Positions 37,201 to 47,881 are shown, numbered from the stretch's first letter. The stretch is 64,000 nt of DNA from Bacteroidota bacterium (GCA_031417555.1 JANOVV010000028.1:77984-141983); one strand, 5' to 3'. Made by a program: numbers and translations. Notes: generated by a model from the sequence alone, not told the origin.

Positions 37201-40200
37201 CCGACGGGAATTCAATAACTCAAAGTATTATAAGTCCTGCTGCATCAAACGGTACAGCGGTAGTTTCCGGAACAGGTATTGTATATACTCCAAATTTTGG
37301 ATTCATCGGTAAAGACACAGTAACTTATAAAATTTGTGACGGTGGTACACCTACATTATGTGATACAGCAATTTTAATTATTACGATCAATGCCGGTCCA
37401 CCTGTGGCAATAGTTAATAACAGCACCGTTAATTCAAATTCGTTTATAAATGTAAACGTACAGGCAAACGATACCTTAGCGGTAACGAGCTATTCTTATA
37501 CTACATCGCTAATGCCGTTAATACTTCCGCCATCAAATGGAACGGCAATATTAGTCGGTAACAACATTCAATATACTCCAAATGCAAATTTCACAGGTGT
37601 TGATTCGCTTGTTTACCAATTATGTGACAATGGAAGTCCGGTCGCCTGCGATACTGCTATAATGTACATTACAGTTACAAACCAACCACCGGTTGCAAAC
37701 AGGGATACAGTAACAACGAGTGCTTGTAACGCTATAATAGTTAGTGCAGTGAACAACGATACAGATCCTGAAAGTGGCACATTGACAATCACGGCTGTTT
37801 CAGTTCCTATTCATGGTACTGCAGTAATATCAAATAACAAAGTAGTATACACACCAACTTCATCACCTGTTTATACCGGTCTCGATTCACTTACTTATAC
37901 AATTTGCGATAATGGAAATCCGTCTCAATGTGTGGCTACAGGTAAAATTGTAATCACAATAAATTCTGTTAATCCGCCAAGTAATCCGCCGAATGCAGTA
38001 GACGATATTGATAGTACGTATATAAACCAGGATATATACCTCACTGTTTTAGCCAACGATTCCGATCCTGATCTTGATTCTATCCAGGTAGATTCAACTG
38101 CAACCGGACTTGTTTTACCATTACATGGAACAATTCACTATCAGCCAGGCAACCAGATTCGTTATGTGCCAAATACAGGCATAGCATTGCCTGATAGTTT
38201 TGAATATAAGGTTTGCGATATGCACAACAATGGAGCAGGGTGTATTAATATTATCGACGCATGTTCTGTAGCCATGGTCTATGTTAACACTTTAAATCGT
38301 CGACCTGCATCAAATGATAATTATGCTTATACAATTAATACTGTCGCTATCAGCAACCAGGTTGGACAAAACGATTATGAACCAGATGGCCAGCCAATGA
38401 CATATACAGCTCTCAATGGACCTTCATTCGGAGGAATAGTTTTTAATTCCGATGGAACATATACTTATACGCCGGATGGATTTTCTACGGGATTAATTAC
38501 GATTGATTATACCGTGTGTGATGATGCTGCAATAACTTTATGTGATACATCCACATTATATATAACAGTGGACATAACAAATGTACCGCCGAACTTAGAG
38601 CAGGATACAGTGTATTGTGCCGGTATTACTCCGACCAATGGAGATGTATCAACCAATGACATGGATCCGAACGGTAATCTGGATCCGAACGGATTTACAT
38701 TGCTGAGTGGTCCGAATAATGGTAGTATGACATTTAATACTGACGGAACTTTTACCTTCACTGCTGACACTGGATTTTTCGGAATTGATTATGTCTTTTA
38801 TGAAGCATGTGATTTAGGTACTCCTTCTATGTGTTCTTCTTCAATGCTTGTTATTTATGTAATAAAAACAGCTCCGATAACTGTTAATGAAAATGTGACT
38901 GTTTTTGAAGATAGCGTATTAACCGTTCCTGCTGTCACCGGTATTTTATCGAATGGAGATTTTGATCCTAATGGATTGAGTCTGTTTGTTGATATTTCAC
39001 TTACTTTAAATCCAGTAAACGGAAATGCAGTAGTTTGGGATGACGGAAGGTTTACCTATACACCGTTCCCGGGTTTTAACGGTTCTGATTTCTTTATCGT
39101 TGATGTATGCGATGATAGTTCATCACTTGCTTCTATTTGTTCTGTTGATACAATTTTTGTTACCGTTACCCCTTTTAACGATCCTCCGATTCTTGATAAT
39201 GAAAATATTTCAGTCAGTGAAGATACACCGTTCAACGGTGACTTAACCGACGCAGGTGATTCCGATCCTGATACGACAGCACTTACTGCCAATACGGTTC
39301 CTGTTGTTGATGTATCAAATGGTACACTTCTCGTTAATGCAAACGGAACATACACGTATACACCAGATCCCGATTACAATGGAAGCGATTTGGCTGTGAT
39401 AAATATTTGCGATGCAGGTACACCAATGCCGGCTAAGTGTAAAAATGATACTATATTCATTACGGTAACTCCATTTAATGATCCGCCGGTTATTGATAAT
39501 GAAACGATATCCACCAATGAAGACACATCGGTCAACGGTGATCTTACTGATGCAGGTGACTCTGATCCTGATGGAACTGCTCTTACTGCGAATACAGTTC
39601 CCGTAGTTGCACCAACGAATGGTTCTATTATCCTGAATGCAAACGGTACTTATACATATACGCCAAATCTAAATTTTAATGGTACAGATATAGTTGTAGT
39701 TAGCATTTGTGATGCAGGTACACCGATGCCGGCCAAATGTGTAAACGATACCATCTTCATCACCGTCGATCCAATAAATGATACACCTGTAATCGATAAT
39801 GAAACGATCTATGTTGATGAGAATACAGTATTCAATGGTGATCTTACCAATGCAGGTGATTCCGATCCGGATACAACTGCTCTTATTGCAAATACAGTCC
39901 CGGTAATTGATGTAACAAATGGTGTCCTGGTTGTAAATGCAAATGGTTCATATACATATACACCAAATCTAAATTATAATGGCCCTGATACTGCCGTAAT
40001 AAACATCTGTGATGCAGGTACACCAATGCCGGCGATTTGTGTGAATGATACAATATTCATAACAGTAGCTCCATTTAATGATCCGCCAGTAATTGATAAC
40101 GAAAATATTTCAACGAACGAAGATACACCTGTTAACGGTGATTTGACCGATGCCGGAGATTTTGATCCTGATACTACTGCTCTAACAGCTAATACTGTTC

Positions 40201-43200
40201 CTGTTCTTGCACCAACCAATGGTTCTATCATTGTAAATTCAGACGGAACATATACCTATACACCAAATCTGAATTTCAACGGTTCTGATATAGTAATTGT
40301 AAATATTTGTGATGGCGGTACTCCTGCACCGGATAGTTGTAAGAACGATACAATCTTCATTACCGTAAATCCTGTAAACGATGCACCGGTATTAGATAAT
40401 GAAACGATTTCTACCAATGAAGATACACCGGTTAATGGTGATTTGACCGATGCAGGTGATGCAGATATCGACACGACTGCCCTTACAGCGAATGTTATTC
40501 CTGTTCTTGCACCTGTAAACGGTATCCTGGTCATTAATGCAAACGGAACCTACACGTATACACCGAACTCAGACTTCAACGGACTCGATACTGCAATAGT
40601 AAGCATCTGTGATGCAGGTACACCTTTGCCGGCTGCTTGTACTAATGATACCATATTCATTACCGTAAATCCTGTAAATGATGCACCGGTATTAGATAAT
40701 GAAACGGTTTCTACCAATGAAGATACACCGGTTAATGGTGATTTGACGGATGCCGGAGATATTGATCCCGATTCAACATCTCTTACTGCCAATACAGTTC
40801 CTGTCGTTGCACCAACCAATGGTTCCATCATCGTGAATGCGAACGGAACTTACACCTATACACCGAATTTAAATTTCAATGGTGCAGACATCGTTGTAAT
40901 AAGTATCTGTGACGCAGGCACACCTTTACCGGCTGCTTGTACAAACGATACCATCTTCATTACAGTAGATCCCGTGAATGATGCACCTGTACCGGACAAT
41001 GAAACGATTTCTACCAATGAAGATATTCCTGTCAGTGGCGACCTTACTGATGCAGGCGATATCGATCCGGATACAACGGCGCTTACTGCCAATACAGTTC
41101 CTGTCGTTGCACCTACCAACGGTTCTATCATCGTAAATGCAAACGGAACATATACTTATACACCGAATCTTGATTTCAACGGTACGGATATCGTTGTAGT
41201 AAGTATCTGTGATGCAGGTACACCTCTGCCTGCTGCTTGTACTAACGATACCATATTCATTACCGTAAATCCTGTGAACGATGCACCGGTATTAGATAAT
41301 GAAACGATTTCTACCAATGAAGATACACCGTTTAATGGTGATTTGACTGATGCTGGTGACATCGATCCCGATTCAACAGCACTTACTGCCAATACAGTTC
41401 CTGTCGTTGCACCAACCAATGGTTCAATCATCGTGAATGCGAACGGAACTTACACCTATACACCGAATTTAAATTTCAATGGTGCAGACATCGTTGTAAT
41501 AAGTATCTGTGACGCAGGTACCCCTTTACCGGCGGCATGTACAAATGATACCATTAACATAACAGTTACTCCTGTAAATGATACTTCTGTAATTGTGAAC
41601 GATACACTAGCAATGGTTCAAAACACTACATTTAATGGAAGTGTAATTAATGCTGATGATTTCGACCCTGATACTACTGCCTTAACAGCCAATACCGTCG
41701 CTGTTTTAAATCCGAATCACGGTGCTATTACAATTAATATCAATGGAACATATTCATATACTCCTGTATTAAATTATTTTGGACCAGATACTGCAATAAT
41801 CTCTGTATGTGATTCAGGAAATCCTTTGCCGTCAATATGTGTAAATGATACACTATTTATGCAAATCTATCCATTTAATACTCCTCCTGTAATTGTGAAC
41901 GATACAATTACCGTTATTGAAGACATTGCATATAGCGGAACAATATTAACAGCCGGAGATTACGATCCTGACAGTTTGGCTTTAATGGTTAATACAACTC
42001 CTGTTGTAGCGGCTACAAACGGTACGATTGTAATGAATGTGAATGGTACTTATACCTATACTCCAAATACAAATTTTAATGGAAGCGATATTGCAGTGTA
42101 TAATGTTTGCGATGCAGGTGCTCCTTTCCCTGAATGTGTGAATGATACTTTATTCATTACAGTTACTGCTGTAAATGATACTACTGTAATTGCTAATGAT
42201 TTTATTAGTGTTAATGAAGATGATTCCGTAAGCTCTACTATATTAACTGCAGCTGATTTTGATCCTGATACTACTGTGATTACTGTAAATATCGTTCCTC
42301 TTTCCGGTCCTTCAAACGGTTTGATTGTAATGAACGGAAACGGTAGTTATACTTATACACCTAATGCCGGATTTAATGGCCAGGAAATTATTGTCTTTAA
42401 TGTCTGTGATGCCGGTAATCCGTTACCTTCTATCTGTGTAAATGATACATTATTCATCACAGTTAATCCGGTTAATGATCCTCCTGTAATTTCGAACGAT
42501 ACAATCTCCACCGATGAAGATAACATCATTAGCGGAACAATTCTCACGGCAGGCGATTTCGACCCTGACTCAACAGCACTCACTGTAAGTACAATTCCAC
42601 TTTCAGGACCGGATAATGGAACCATCGTAATATTTGGAAATGGAACGTTTACTTACACTCCGGATCCTGAGTTCAATGGTATCGATACAATCGTCATTCA
42701 GGTTTGTGATGCTGGAAATCCATTGCCTTCCCTTTGTGTAAATGACACATTGATTGTTACTGTAAATGCAATTAACGATGCACCGGTAGCAGTAAATGAT
42801 AATGCAGCTGTTTGTTCGGGATCTACTATTCAAATCAATGCTCTTGTTAATGACAGCGATGTAGATTTGGATTCAATATTTATTTCTTCAATAGTTCAGC
42901 CTGCAAACGGTACTGCAACTACAGATGGTTTAACAATATCCTACAATCCAAATCCGGGTTATCACGGAGCAGATTCTCTGGTATATACTGTTTGCGATAA
43001 TTCACTTCCTCAAGGATGTTCTTCTGCAACCATTTATATTTCTGTCAATGGACCCGTTAGTTCCGGCATAATTGCCAATGAAGTATTATGCTTTGGAGAC
43101 AGTACAGGTTCTGTTACAACGTCAGCCTTCTTATTAGCGACATTTACATATCTATGGAATACCGGTGATGTGACTCCAAGCATCTTTAATGTTCCTGCAG

Positions 43201-44687
43201 GATTTTATTCTGTAACTATTACTGATTCACTTGGATGTTCTATCGTTGATACTGCTACAGTTTATCAACCACAATTATTAGTTGTTACTGGCAGTACAAC
43301 GAATGCGCTTTGTTATAGTGATAGTTCCGGTTCTGTTAATATCAATGTTAACGGAGGAAGCCCGGCATTTACTTACCTATGGAGCAATGGTGATACAACA
43401 CAAAATCTGAATTCGGTTAATGCAAATACATATAATGTTACTGTTACCGATAATAACGGATGTACTTCCACCTACTCAGGAGTTGTTGCTCAGCCTTCCT
43501 CCGGTTTAAGTGCAAATGCAATAATCGGTACAGCTAATTGCCTCAACAATGTTCTTGGAAATATTGATCTGACTGTCAGCGGAGGAACCACAGGATATAC
43601 ATATTCATGGAATAATGGTCCGACAACTGAAGATATATCTGCTGCAACCGGTTCTTACACCGTCGTAGTTACGGATGCTAATTCTTGTACGAATTCTTCA
43701 ACATTTATTATTAATGATAATTCAACATTAATCATTACACCGCTCGATTCTGTCAATTTCTGTCAGGGTGATAGTAGCCGGTTAAGTTCAGCAATTACTA
43801 CAGGAACTTTCCAATGGCTTGCTAACGGAATAAATATTCCGGGGGCAAACGATAGTATTTATGTTGCATATCAAAGTGCTTCTTATACTATGACTCTTAA
43901 CAATGCTTGTGGAATTTATACATCTAATGCCATTGACGTTGCAGCAAATGCCAAGCCGATTATGAGCATTAATGGTGGAATGGTAATTTGTGAAGGCTCT
44001 ACTACACAACTTAATGCTTCAGGAGCTAATACATATTCCTGGTTGCCGTCATCAGGTTTAGATGATGCGTCTATTGGTAATCCTTTGGCTTCTCCGGTTC
44101 TTACAACAGATTATACTGTTACAGGAAATATTGCGGGTTGTGCATCTGATACGATTGTAACTGTCACCGTTAATCCATTACCGGTAATTACTATTACATC
44201 AACTCCATTCGATTGCGAGAACGGTACGAATTTGCAGGCAACCGGTGGTGTCAGCTATAGTTGGTTGCCAAATGTTAAATTAGATAATAATACTATTTCA
44301 TCACCTGTTGCAGCTCCTATAAGAACAACTACCTATACAGTTACTGTAATCGATAGTTTATCATGCTCTAATACAGCTTCCATTACTATTGATTCTGATT
44401 GTGATGGTTTGACAATTCCAAATGGGATTACGCCTGATGGTGATGGTGTAAACGACTTTTTCCAAATCCTCGGATTGAGAAACTATGAAAATAATTCACT
44501 TCAAGTCTTTAACCGTTGGGGAAATCTGGTATACAAATCTAAACCATACCATAATGATTGGGATGGAAAATGTCTCGAAAAAGGAGTTGTATCAGGAGAT
44601 AAACTGCCGGATGGAACCTACTATTATATACTAGAACTTGGCGATGGATTTGAAGGACGATCAGGATTTGTTGAAATCAGAAGATAA
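34269..44687 (+). CDS. giant (~3472 aa) T9SS type-B sorted adhesin-like protein: N-terminal globular region, two discoidin/CBM-like domains, Ig/cadherin-like units, twelve 100-aa tandem-95-type repeats, SprB repeats, and a gliding-motility-associated C-terminal domain
   Basis: Start at MKKFFLYFSAILMLLSFDAKA (the ORF track begins upstream at 34197). Repeats NDxPVxDNExIxxxEDTxxNGDLTDAGDxDPDxTALTANTV...NANGTYTYTPNxNFNGxD...ICDAGTP.P..C.NDTIFITV. SprB-type ...C.GDS.GS....V.GG.P.YTY.W.NG. C-terminus ...PNGITPDGDGVNDFF...VFNRWGNLVY...DGTYYY. Confidence 0.85.
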   Translation: MKKFFLYFSAILMLLSFDAKAANETFTSGAFIINMGVTPQTVANGLKPYGLIYDLIKNNDVPIKWVIGQSKVKDGVDFTYNGNSYRGGTFIINSEYRSAAVNAKIAAWQAKGVVGVTTISPMTLNVTVTLQAVPNWAMDAQNGKIAIDFLIAAEIPASAYYFRTPATLNACDNLYVMPHADPKWSTHSNLYFWNKNNRGAIWGGCHAVSVMEGPSCVNPANPTQNLKFLTTGGMVPFGSHANGTPPYSYSNLSDPVFQFMGSEDAAHQGGSEQIYLPLKAGSTWNPSVKIGCYDPTQFDVPAKSNGPAVLTAYGYAFNDTTRGVVMYESGHNIGGTAPENVAAQRIFFNWSFIGASNKEPRVTYSNIPTKMNSNVLYPNFTASATSPVGLSVFTYKWSSTIGGVFTAPTSAVTNYTAPAVGTPTIAKIICKVTDNCGRYALTEFSVLFMPPPAAPVAVNDTIRFPNLCSASTQTINVLTNDNDINLDMTTTISFLGGGNHGTFTNNGGGSVTYTPGWLFQGSDTMRYQVCDSTALCHQATIVVTTGYTGPCAMTTYQRTDTARADTVQFQQGIAGPNSSLGYPDAINGSNSNTARWGSDNDSLILRLDNQISTGDTVQFRMAADNNNCIDFTLMGSLTSGGFVPGVNSLNGTIASSTQKIYNWYNFIVTGNTRYVKILVRNTACDNKIDLDAIRANYRYCTSNVPVANKDNATTAANVAITTNVKTNDTDPAGGALSVTIVDGPNNGTAGVNGAGNIVYTPDSAFFGADTLIYKVCNSSCLCDTAYVIYDVQTHPPCGAGVPSYYRNGNATSVPSSLGVTNPNGAIGIPDQVDGGNGQSAKINNVVNDYIVMDLTDTVYSGDTVVVRIAPDNNSANTIRVQANLTNAWGSPSTSTDFNLPAANGKIYSNYNLILTGNARYIRVIQITTTNNVDVDAVSYDYWYCGIMPNNPPVAIDDSVTTNVNRAVFNNVKANDSDPDGNSITQSIISPAASNGTAVVSGTGIVYTPNFGFIGKDTVTYKICDGGTPTLCDTAILIITINAGPPVAIVNNSTVNSNSFINVNVQANDTLAVTSYSYTTSLMPLILPPSNGTAILVGNNIQYTPNANFTGVDSLVYQLCDNGSPVACDTAIMYITVTNQPPVANRDTVTTSACNAIIVSAVNNDTDPESGTLTITAVSVPIHGTAVISNNKVVYTPTSSPVYTGLDSLTYTICDNGNPSQCVATGKIVITINSVNPPSNPPNAVDDIDSTYINQDIYLTVLANDSDPDLDSIQVDSTATGLVLPLHGTIHYQPGNQIRYVPNTGIALPDSFEYKVCDMHNNGAGCINIIDACSVAMVYVNTLNRRPASNDNYAYTINTVAISNQVGQNDYEPDGQPMTYTALNGPSFGGIVFNSDGTYTYTPDGFSTGLITIDYTVCDDAAITLCDTSTLYITVDITNVPPNLEQDTVYCAGITPTNGDVSTNDMDPNGNLDPNGFTLLSGPNNGSMTFNTDGTFTFTADTGFFGIDYVFYEACDLGTPSMCSSSMLVIYVIKTAPITVNENVTVFEDSVLTVPAVTGILSNGDFDPNGLSLFVDISLTLNPVNGNAVVWDDGRFTYTPFPGFNGSDFFIVDVCDDSSSLASICSVDTIFVTVTPFNDPPILDNENISVSEDTPFNGDLTDAGDSDPDTTALTANTVPVVDVSNGTLLVNANGTYTYTPDPDYNGSDLAVINICDAGTPMPAKCKNDTIFITVTPFNDPPVIDNETISTNEDTSVNGDLTDAGDSDPDGTALTANTVPVVAPTNGSIILNANGTYTYTPNLNFNGTDIVVVSICDAGTPMPAKCVNDTIFITVDPINDTPVIDNETIYVDENTVFNGDLTNAGDSDPDTTALIANTVPVIDVTNGVLVVNANGSYTYTPNLNYNGPDTAVINICDAGTPMPAICVNDTIFITVAPFNDPPVIDNENISTNEDTPVNGDLTDAGDFDPDTTALTANTVPVLAPTNGSIIVNSDGTYTYTPNLNFNGSDIVIVNICDGGTPAPDSCKNDTIFITVNPVNDAPVLDNETISTNEDTPVNGDLTDAGDADIDTTALTANVIPVLAPVNGILVINANGTYTYTPNSDFNGLDTAIVSICDAGTPLPAACTNDTIFITVNPVNDAPVLDNETVSTNEDTPVNGDLTDAGDIDPDSTSLTANTVPVVAPTNGSIIVNANGTYTYTPNLNFNGADIVVISICDAGTPLPAACTNDTIFITVDPVNDAPVPDNETISTNEDIPVSGDLTDAGDIDPDTTALTANTVPVVAPTNGSIIVNANGTYTYTPNLDFNGTDIVVVSICDAGTPLPAACTNDTIFITVNPVNDAPVLDNETISTNEDTPFNGDLTDAGDIDPDSTALTANTVPVVAPTNGSIIVNANGTYTYTPNLNFNGADIVVISICDAGTPLPAACTNDTINITVTPVNDTSVIVNDTLAMVQNTTFNGSVINADDFDPDTTALTANTVAVLNPNHGAITININGTYSYTPVLNYFGPDTAIISVCDSGNPLPSICVNDTLFMQIYPFNTPPVIVNDTITVIEDIAYSGTILTAGDYDPDSLALMVNTTPVVAATNGTIVMNVNGTYTYTPNTNFNGSDIAVYNVCDAGAPFPECVNDTLFITVTAVNDTTVIANDFISVNEDDSVSSTILTAADFDPDTTVITVNIVPLSGPSNGLIVMNGNGSYTYTPNAGFNGQEIIVFNVCDAGNPLPSICVNDTLFITVNPVNDPPVISNDTISTDEDNIISGTILTAGDFDPDSTALTVSTIPLSGPDNGTIVIFGNGTFTYTPDPEFNGIDTIVIQVCDAGNPLPSLCVNDTLIVTVNAINDAPVAVNDNAAVCSGSTIQINALVNDSDVDLDSIFISSIVQPANGTATTDGLTISYNPNPGYHGADSLVYTVCDNSLPQGCSSATIYISVNGPVSSGIIANEVLCFGDSTGSVTTSAFLLATFTYLWNTGDVTPSIFNVPAGFYSVTITDSLGCSIVDTATVYQPQLLVVTGSTTNALCYSDSSGSVNINVNGGSPAFTYLWSNGDTTQNLNSVNANTYNVTVTDNNGCTSTYSGVVAQPSSGLSANAIIGTANCLNNVLGNIDLTVSGGTTGYTYSWNNGPTTEDISAATGSYTVVVTDANSCTNSSTFIINDNSTLIITPLDSVNFCQGDSSRLSSAITTGTFQWLANGINIPGANDSIYVAYQSASYTMTLNNACGIYTSNAIDVAANAKPIMSINGGMVICEGSTTQLNASGANTYSWLPSSGLDDASIGNPLASPVLTTDYTVTGNIAGCASDTIVTVTVNPLPVITITSTPFDCENGTNLQATGGVSYSWLPNVKLDNNTISSPVAAPIRTTTYTVTVIDSLSCSNTASITIDSDCDGLTIPNGITPDGDGVNDFFQILGLRNYENNSLQVFNRWGNLVYKSKPYHNDWDGKCLEKGVVSGDKLPDGTYYYILELGDGFEGRSGFVEIRR
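39172..42772 (+). repeat. twelve in-frame tandem repeats of exactly 300 nt (100 aa); several copies are near-identical
   Basis: Unit starts at 39172, 39472, 39772, ... 42472. The copies at 40372, 40672 and 41272 are almost identical over more than 60 nt stretches. Confidence 0.85.
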
Positions 44688-44732
44688 TTAAATTAATTTT
44701 TGAATAATACAGTTGAAATAAACAATAAGAAA

Positions 44733-45680
44733 ATGAATAAGGTTCAAATAAAAAAAGTAAGAGGGAAAATGGCCGTAAGCCTTTTTGCTTTCATGCTCGT
44801 GCTAAGCCTCAAGGCTAATGCGCAGTTCGACCCTATGTTCACGCAGTACATGAATAATGAAATGTTTATTAATCCCGCATATGCAGGAACCAGAAAAGTA
44901 CTCGCTACTACATTATTATACCGCAATCAGTGGGTAGGAATTACAGGATCTCCAAAAACACAAACATTTTCTTTGCATTCTCCTTTCGGTAAAAAAAATG
45001 GTATCGGAGTTTCTGTAATGAATGAAAGCATTGGAATAACAAATATCTTAAGATTTAATGGCGATTACTCTTATAGGATCAGAACAAGTTCAAGAGGACA
45101 ATTATCATTCGGCTTATCGGGTGGTTTAATTCAATACCATCAGAATTACAATGAATTAGTATTAATTAATCCAAATGATCATCTCTTTAATTCGAACATT
45201 CCGAATGCCATTGCTCCAAATGCCGGCTTTGGTATGTTTTATTATACAAATAAATTCTATGTCGGTTTTTCTATACCACGTATGATAAAGAATTCATTCA
45301 AGTCGGATGGTATAAAAAATTCTGCATCGCCAAATGATTGGCATTATTTTCTGACATCAGCAGTTGTATTGGATGTTTCAAGAGATGTAAAATTGAAACC
45401 TTCTATACAAATTAAGCAGGTGGCAGGCGCGCCATTACAAGGGGAGCTTGCTATTCATTCATTGTTCAGTAATGTTTGGTGGTTAGGTGTTTCCTATCGT
45501 AGCGGAGATGCAATATCTGTGATAACGGGATTTCAGTTTTCAAATCAATTACGGATTTTCTATTCTTACGATTATGCACTTACGACACTCCAAAATTATT
45601 CAACAGGTTCTCACGAAATAGTATTAAGCTATGATTTTGTATATAGAAAAAACAGAATTTCATCACCTCGATTATTTTAA
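44733..45680 (+). CDS. type IX secretion system membrane protein PorP/SprF family
   Basis: Signal peptide then QFDPMFTQYMNNEMFINPAYAG (the hallmark PorP/SprF N-terminal motif). Lies immediately downstream of a type-B CTD protein. Confidence 0.85.
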   Translation: MNKVQIKKVRGKMAVSLFAFMLVLSLKANAQFDPMFTQYMNNEMFINPAYAGTRKVLATTLLYRNQWVGITGSPKTQTFSLHSPFGKKNGIGVSVMNESIGITNILRFNGDYSYRIRTSSRGQLSFGLSGGLIQYHQNYNELVLINPNDHLFNSNIPNAIAPNAGFGMFYYTNKFYVGFSIPRMIKNSFKSDGIKNSASPNDWHYFLTSAVVLDVSRDVKLKPSIQIKQVAGAPLQGELAIHSLFSNVWWLGVSYRSGDAISVITGFQFSNQLRIFYSYDYALTTLQNYSTGSHEIVLSYDFVYRKNRISSPRLF

Positions 45681-45697
45681 ATTAATCCAACAATAAT

Positions 45698-47881
45698 ATG
45701 AAGAAGTTTATATTCATATCCATTCGGTCAATAACGTTGATAATCCTTATTCCGGTGTTTTGTCAGGCGCAAATGCACCTGAAAAAAGCAAATCGGTTTT
45801 ACGATAATCTTGCTTTTGCTGAGGCTGCTCCTGAGTATGAAAAAGCGTTAAAATCAGATTCAACGAATTCTGATGCTATATTCCGTATCGCTCATTGTTA
45901 CAGACTTATCAATAATATGCAGGAGGCAGAAAAGTGGTATGGAAAGGCTGTTCAATTAAAAGAGGCAAGACCTTCACATTTTATTTATTATACAGAAGCA
46001 TTAATGAGCAATGGAAAATATTCAGATGCTGAATACTGGATAATGAAATACAGAGAAGTTGCCGGCGCAGATAGCCGCACGGATAAAATCGTAGAATCAC
46101 TTCATAATATAGGTTGGCTAATCCAGGATAGTTTAAATTTTGTTATTAATAAACTATCCATCAACAGCGAAAATGCTGATTGTGCTCCTGTAATCTATAA
46201 TAATGGAATTGTATTTTCTTCTTCAAGAAAAAGAGGTGAAATAATACAAAGGGTACATGAATGGACTGATCTTCCTTTTTTTACATTGTATTATTCTAAA
46301 GGGAAAGGTGATAAATTAGCCGAACCGGAACTTTTTGCTCCATCGATTACAACAAAATTTAATAATGCAACTATATGCTTTAATAAAAAAGGCGATGAAT
46401 TATATATTACTAGAAATAATATTACAGAAGGTGATATAAAAAGAAGTGATAGTGGTGTTGTAAAATTAAGCATCTATCGTTTTAAAAAATCAGGTTCAAA
46501 ATGGATTGATGAATCTTCTTTCCAATATAACAGTGATCAGTATAACTGCGCTCATCCTTGCTTAAGTGCTGATGGCAGTAAATTATTTTTTACTTCTGAC
46601 ATGCCGGGAGGATTCGGAGGATTGGATCTTTATGTAAGTTCTAAAAAAGGAAAAGACTGGGGAAAACCGGAAAACCTGGGTCCTAATATTAATACTACTG
46701 GTAACGACTGCTTTCCATTTGTAGATGATAAAGACGGACTTTTTTATGCAACCAATGGACGGGGAGGACTCGGTGGTCATGATATCTTTTATTGTGCAAA
46801 ATCTTTTGATGGTTATTCAGATCCCGAAAATTTAGGATACCCGATTAATTCACCCGGCGATGATTTCGGATGGACACAAAACGAAACAGGTAATTCCGGG
46901 TACTTCTCTTCCAACAGAGAAGGCCGTGGCCAAAACGATGATATATATTCTTTCAATCGGGCATCTTATCCTCTTAATCTTTTAGTAATAGACTCAAAAA
47001 CTAAAATGCCATTGACTGCTTCCAGAGTGAAAGTAATGGAATCAGGAAGGCAAAAACGAGTATTGACGACATCCGATGATGGTTCGCTTTATATGTTTAT
47101 TACTCCGGGTAAAAATTATAGCTTTATTACGGAAAAAGAAAAATATGCTACTGATTCAACCGGCCTTGAATGGAAGTCTTTATCTATGGCTTCATTAAAC
47201 AATTTATCAATCGCTCTGCGTAAAGAAGTGTCGAATGTTTTTGTCGAAGGAAAGCTTTTCAATAACAGCTCGGATAAAAAAGCAATTGCTAATGCAAAAG
47301 TCATTCTCACCGATAAGGAAACAGGCAAAGAAATTTCTACTGTTTCTGGAGAAGACGGATCTTATAAATTTGAAAATCTCACATTAGATAGCCGGTATAG
47401 CCTGGAAGCCAAAATGAAAAATGGCGTTTCTTATCCGATAGAGATCTCAATAGATGATATTGCAGATAACAGAACTGTCAACAGAGATATTGTCATTAAT
47501 AATATTATGGATGTTGTTAAAATTGAAAACATATTTTACGACCTAAACAAATACAATGTTAGACCTGATGCTGCCAATATACTGGACGGATTAGTTGACA
47601 TGATGAAATCTAATGCAGAAATGAAAATTGAAATTCGTTCTCATACAGATTGTCGTCAAGACGATAATTACAATATGAAATTATCAGAAAGACGCGCAAA
47701 AGCTGTTGTAGCTTACTTAGCCAAACATGGCATTTCCTCTAAAAGGCTTGTTGCTAAAGGATACGGAGAAACCATGCTGATTAATCACTGTGAATGTGAA
47801 GGAGGCAGTATAAAGCCTTGCTCTGAAGAAGAACAACAGTTAAACAGGCGGACAGAATTTAAGATACTTTCATTGGAGTAA
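45698..47881 (+). CDS. OmpA-family protein with an N-terminal TPR region, PD40/TolB-like beta-propeller repeats, a carboxypeptidase-regulatory-like domain and a C-terminal OmpA domain
   Basis: TPR-like helices (...AIFRIAHCYRLINNMQEAEKWYGKAV...). Repeated ...P.L..DG..L.FTSD..GG.GG.D.Y... units. C-terminal NIFYDLNKYNVRPDA...LSERRAKAVVAYL...GYGET OmpA motif. Confidence 0.75.
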   Translation: MKKFIFISIRSITLIILIPVFCQAQMHLKKANRFYDNLAFAEAAPEYEKALKSDSTNSDAIFRIAHCYRLINNMQEAEKWYGKAVQLKEARPSHFIYYTEALMSNGKYSDAEYWIMKYREVAGADSRTDKIVESLHNIGWLIQDSLNFVINKLSINSENADCAPVIYNNGIVFSSSRKRGEIIQRVHEWTDLPFFTLYYSKGKGDKLAEPELFAPSITTKFNNATICFNKKGDELYITRNNITEGDIKRSDSGVVKLSIYRFKKSGSKWIDESSFQYNSDQYNCAHPCLSADGSKLFFTSDMPGGFGGLDLYVSSKKGKDWGKPENLGPNINTTGNDCFPFVDDKDGLFYATNGRGGLGGHDIFYCAKSFDGYSDPENLGYPINSPGDDFGWTQNETGNSGYFSSNREGRGQNDDIYSFNRASYPLNLLVIDSKTKMPLTASRVKVMESGRQKRVLTTSDDGSLYMFITPGKNYSFITEKEKYATDSTGLEWKSLSMASLNNLSIALRKEVSNVFVEGKLFNNSSDKKAIANAKVILTDKETGKEISTVSGEDGSYKFENLTLDSRYSLEAKMKNGVSYPIEISIDDIADNRTVNRDIVINNIMDVVKIENIFYDLNKYNVRPDAANILDGLVDMMKSNAEMKIEIRSHTDCRQDDNYNMKLSERRAKAVVAYLAKHGISSKRLVAKGYGETMLINHCECEGGSIKPCSEEEQQLNRRTEFKILSLE

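Noticed and set aside
35144-43788. Antisense ORFs (e.g. 40256..40534-, 40550..40831-, 41156..41431-) within the second giant gene
   Set aside because: These are periodic, mutually similar translations of the opposite strand of the 300-nt repeats. They have no independent start or stop context.
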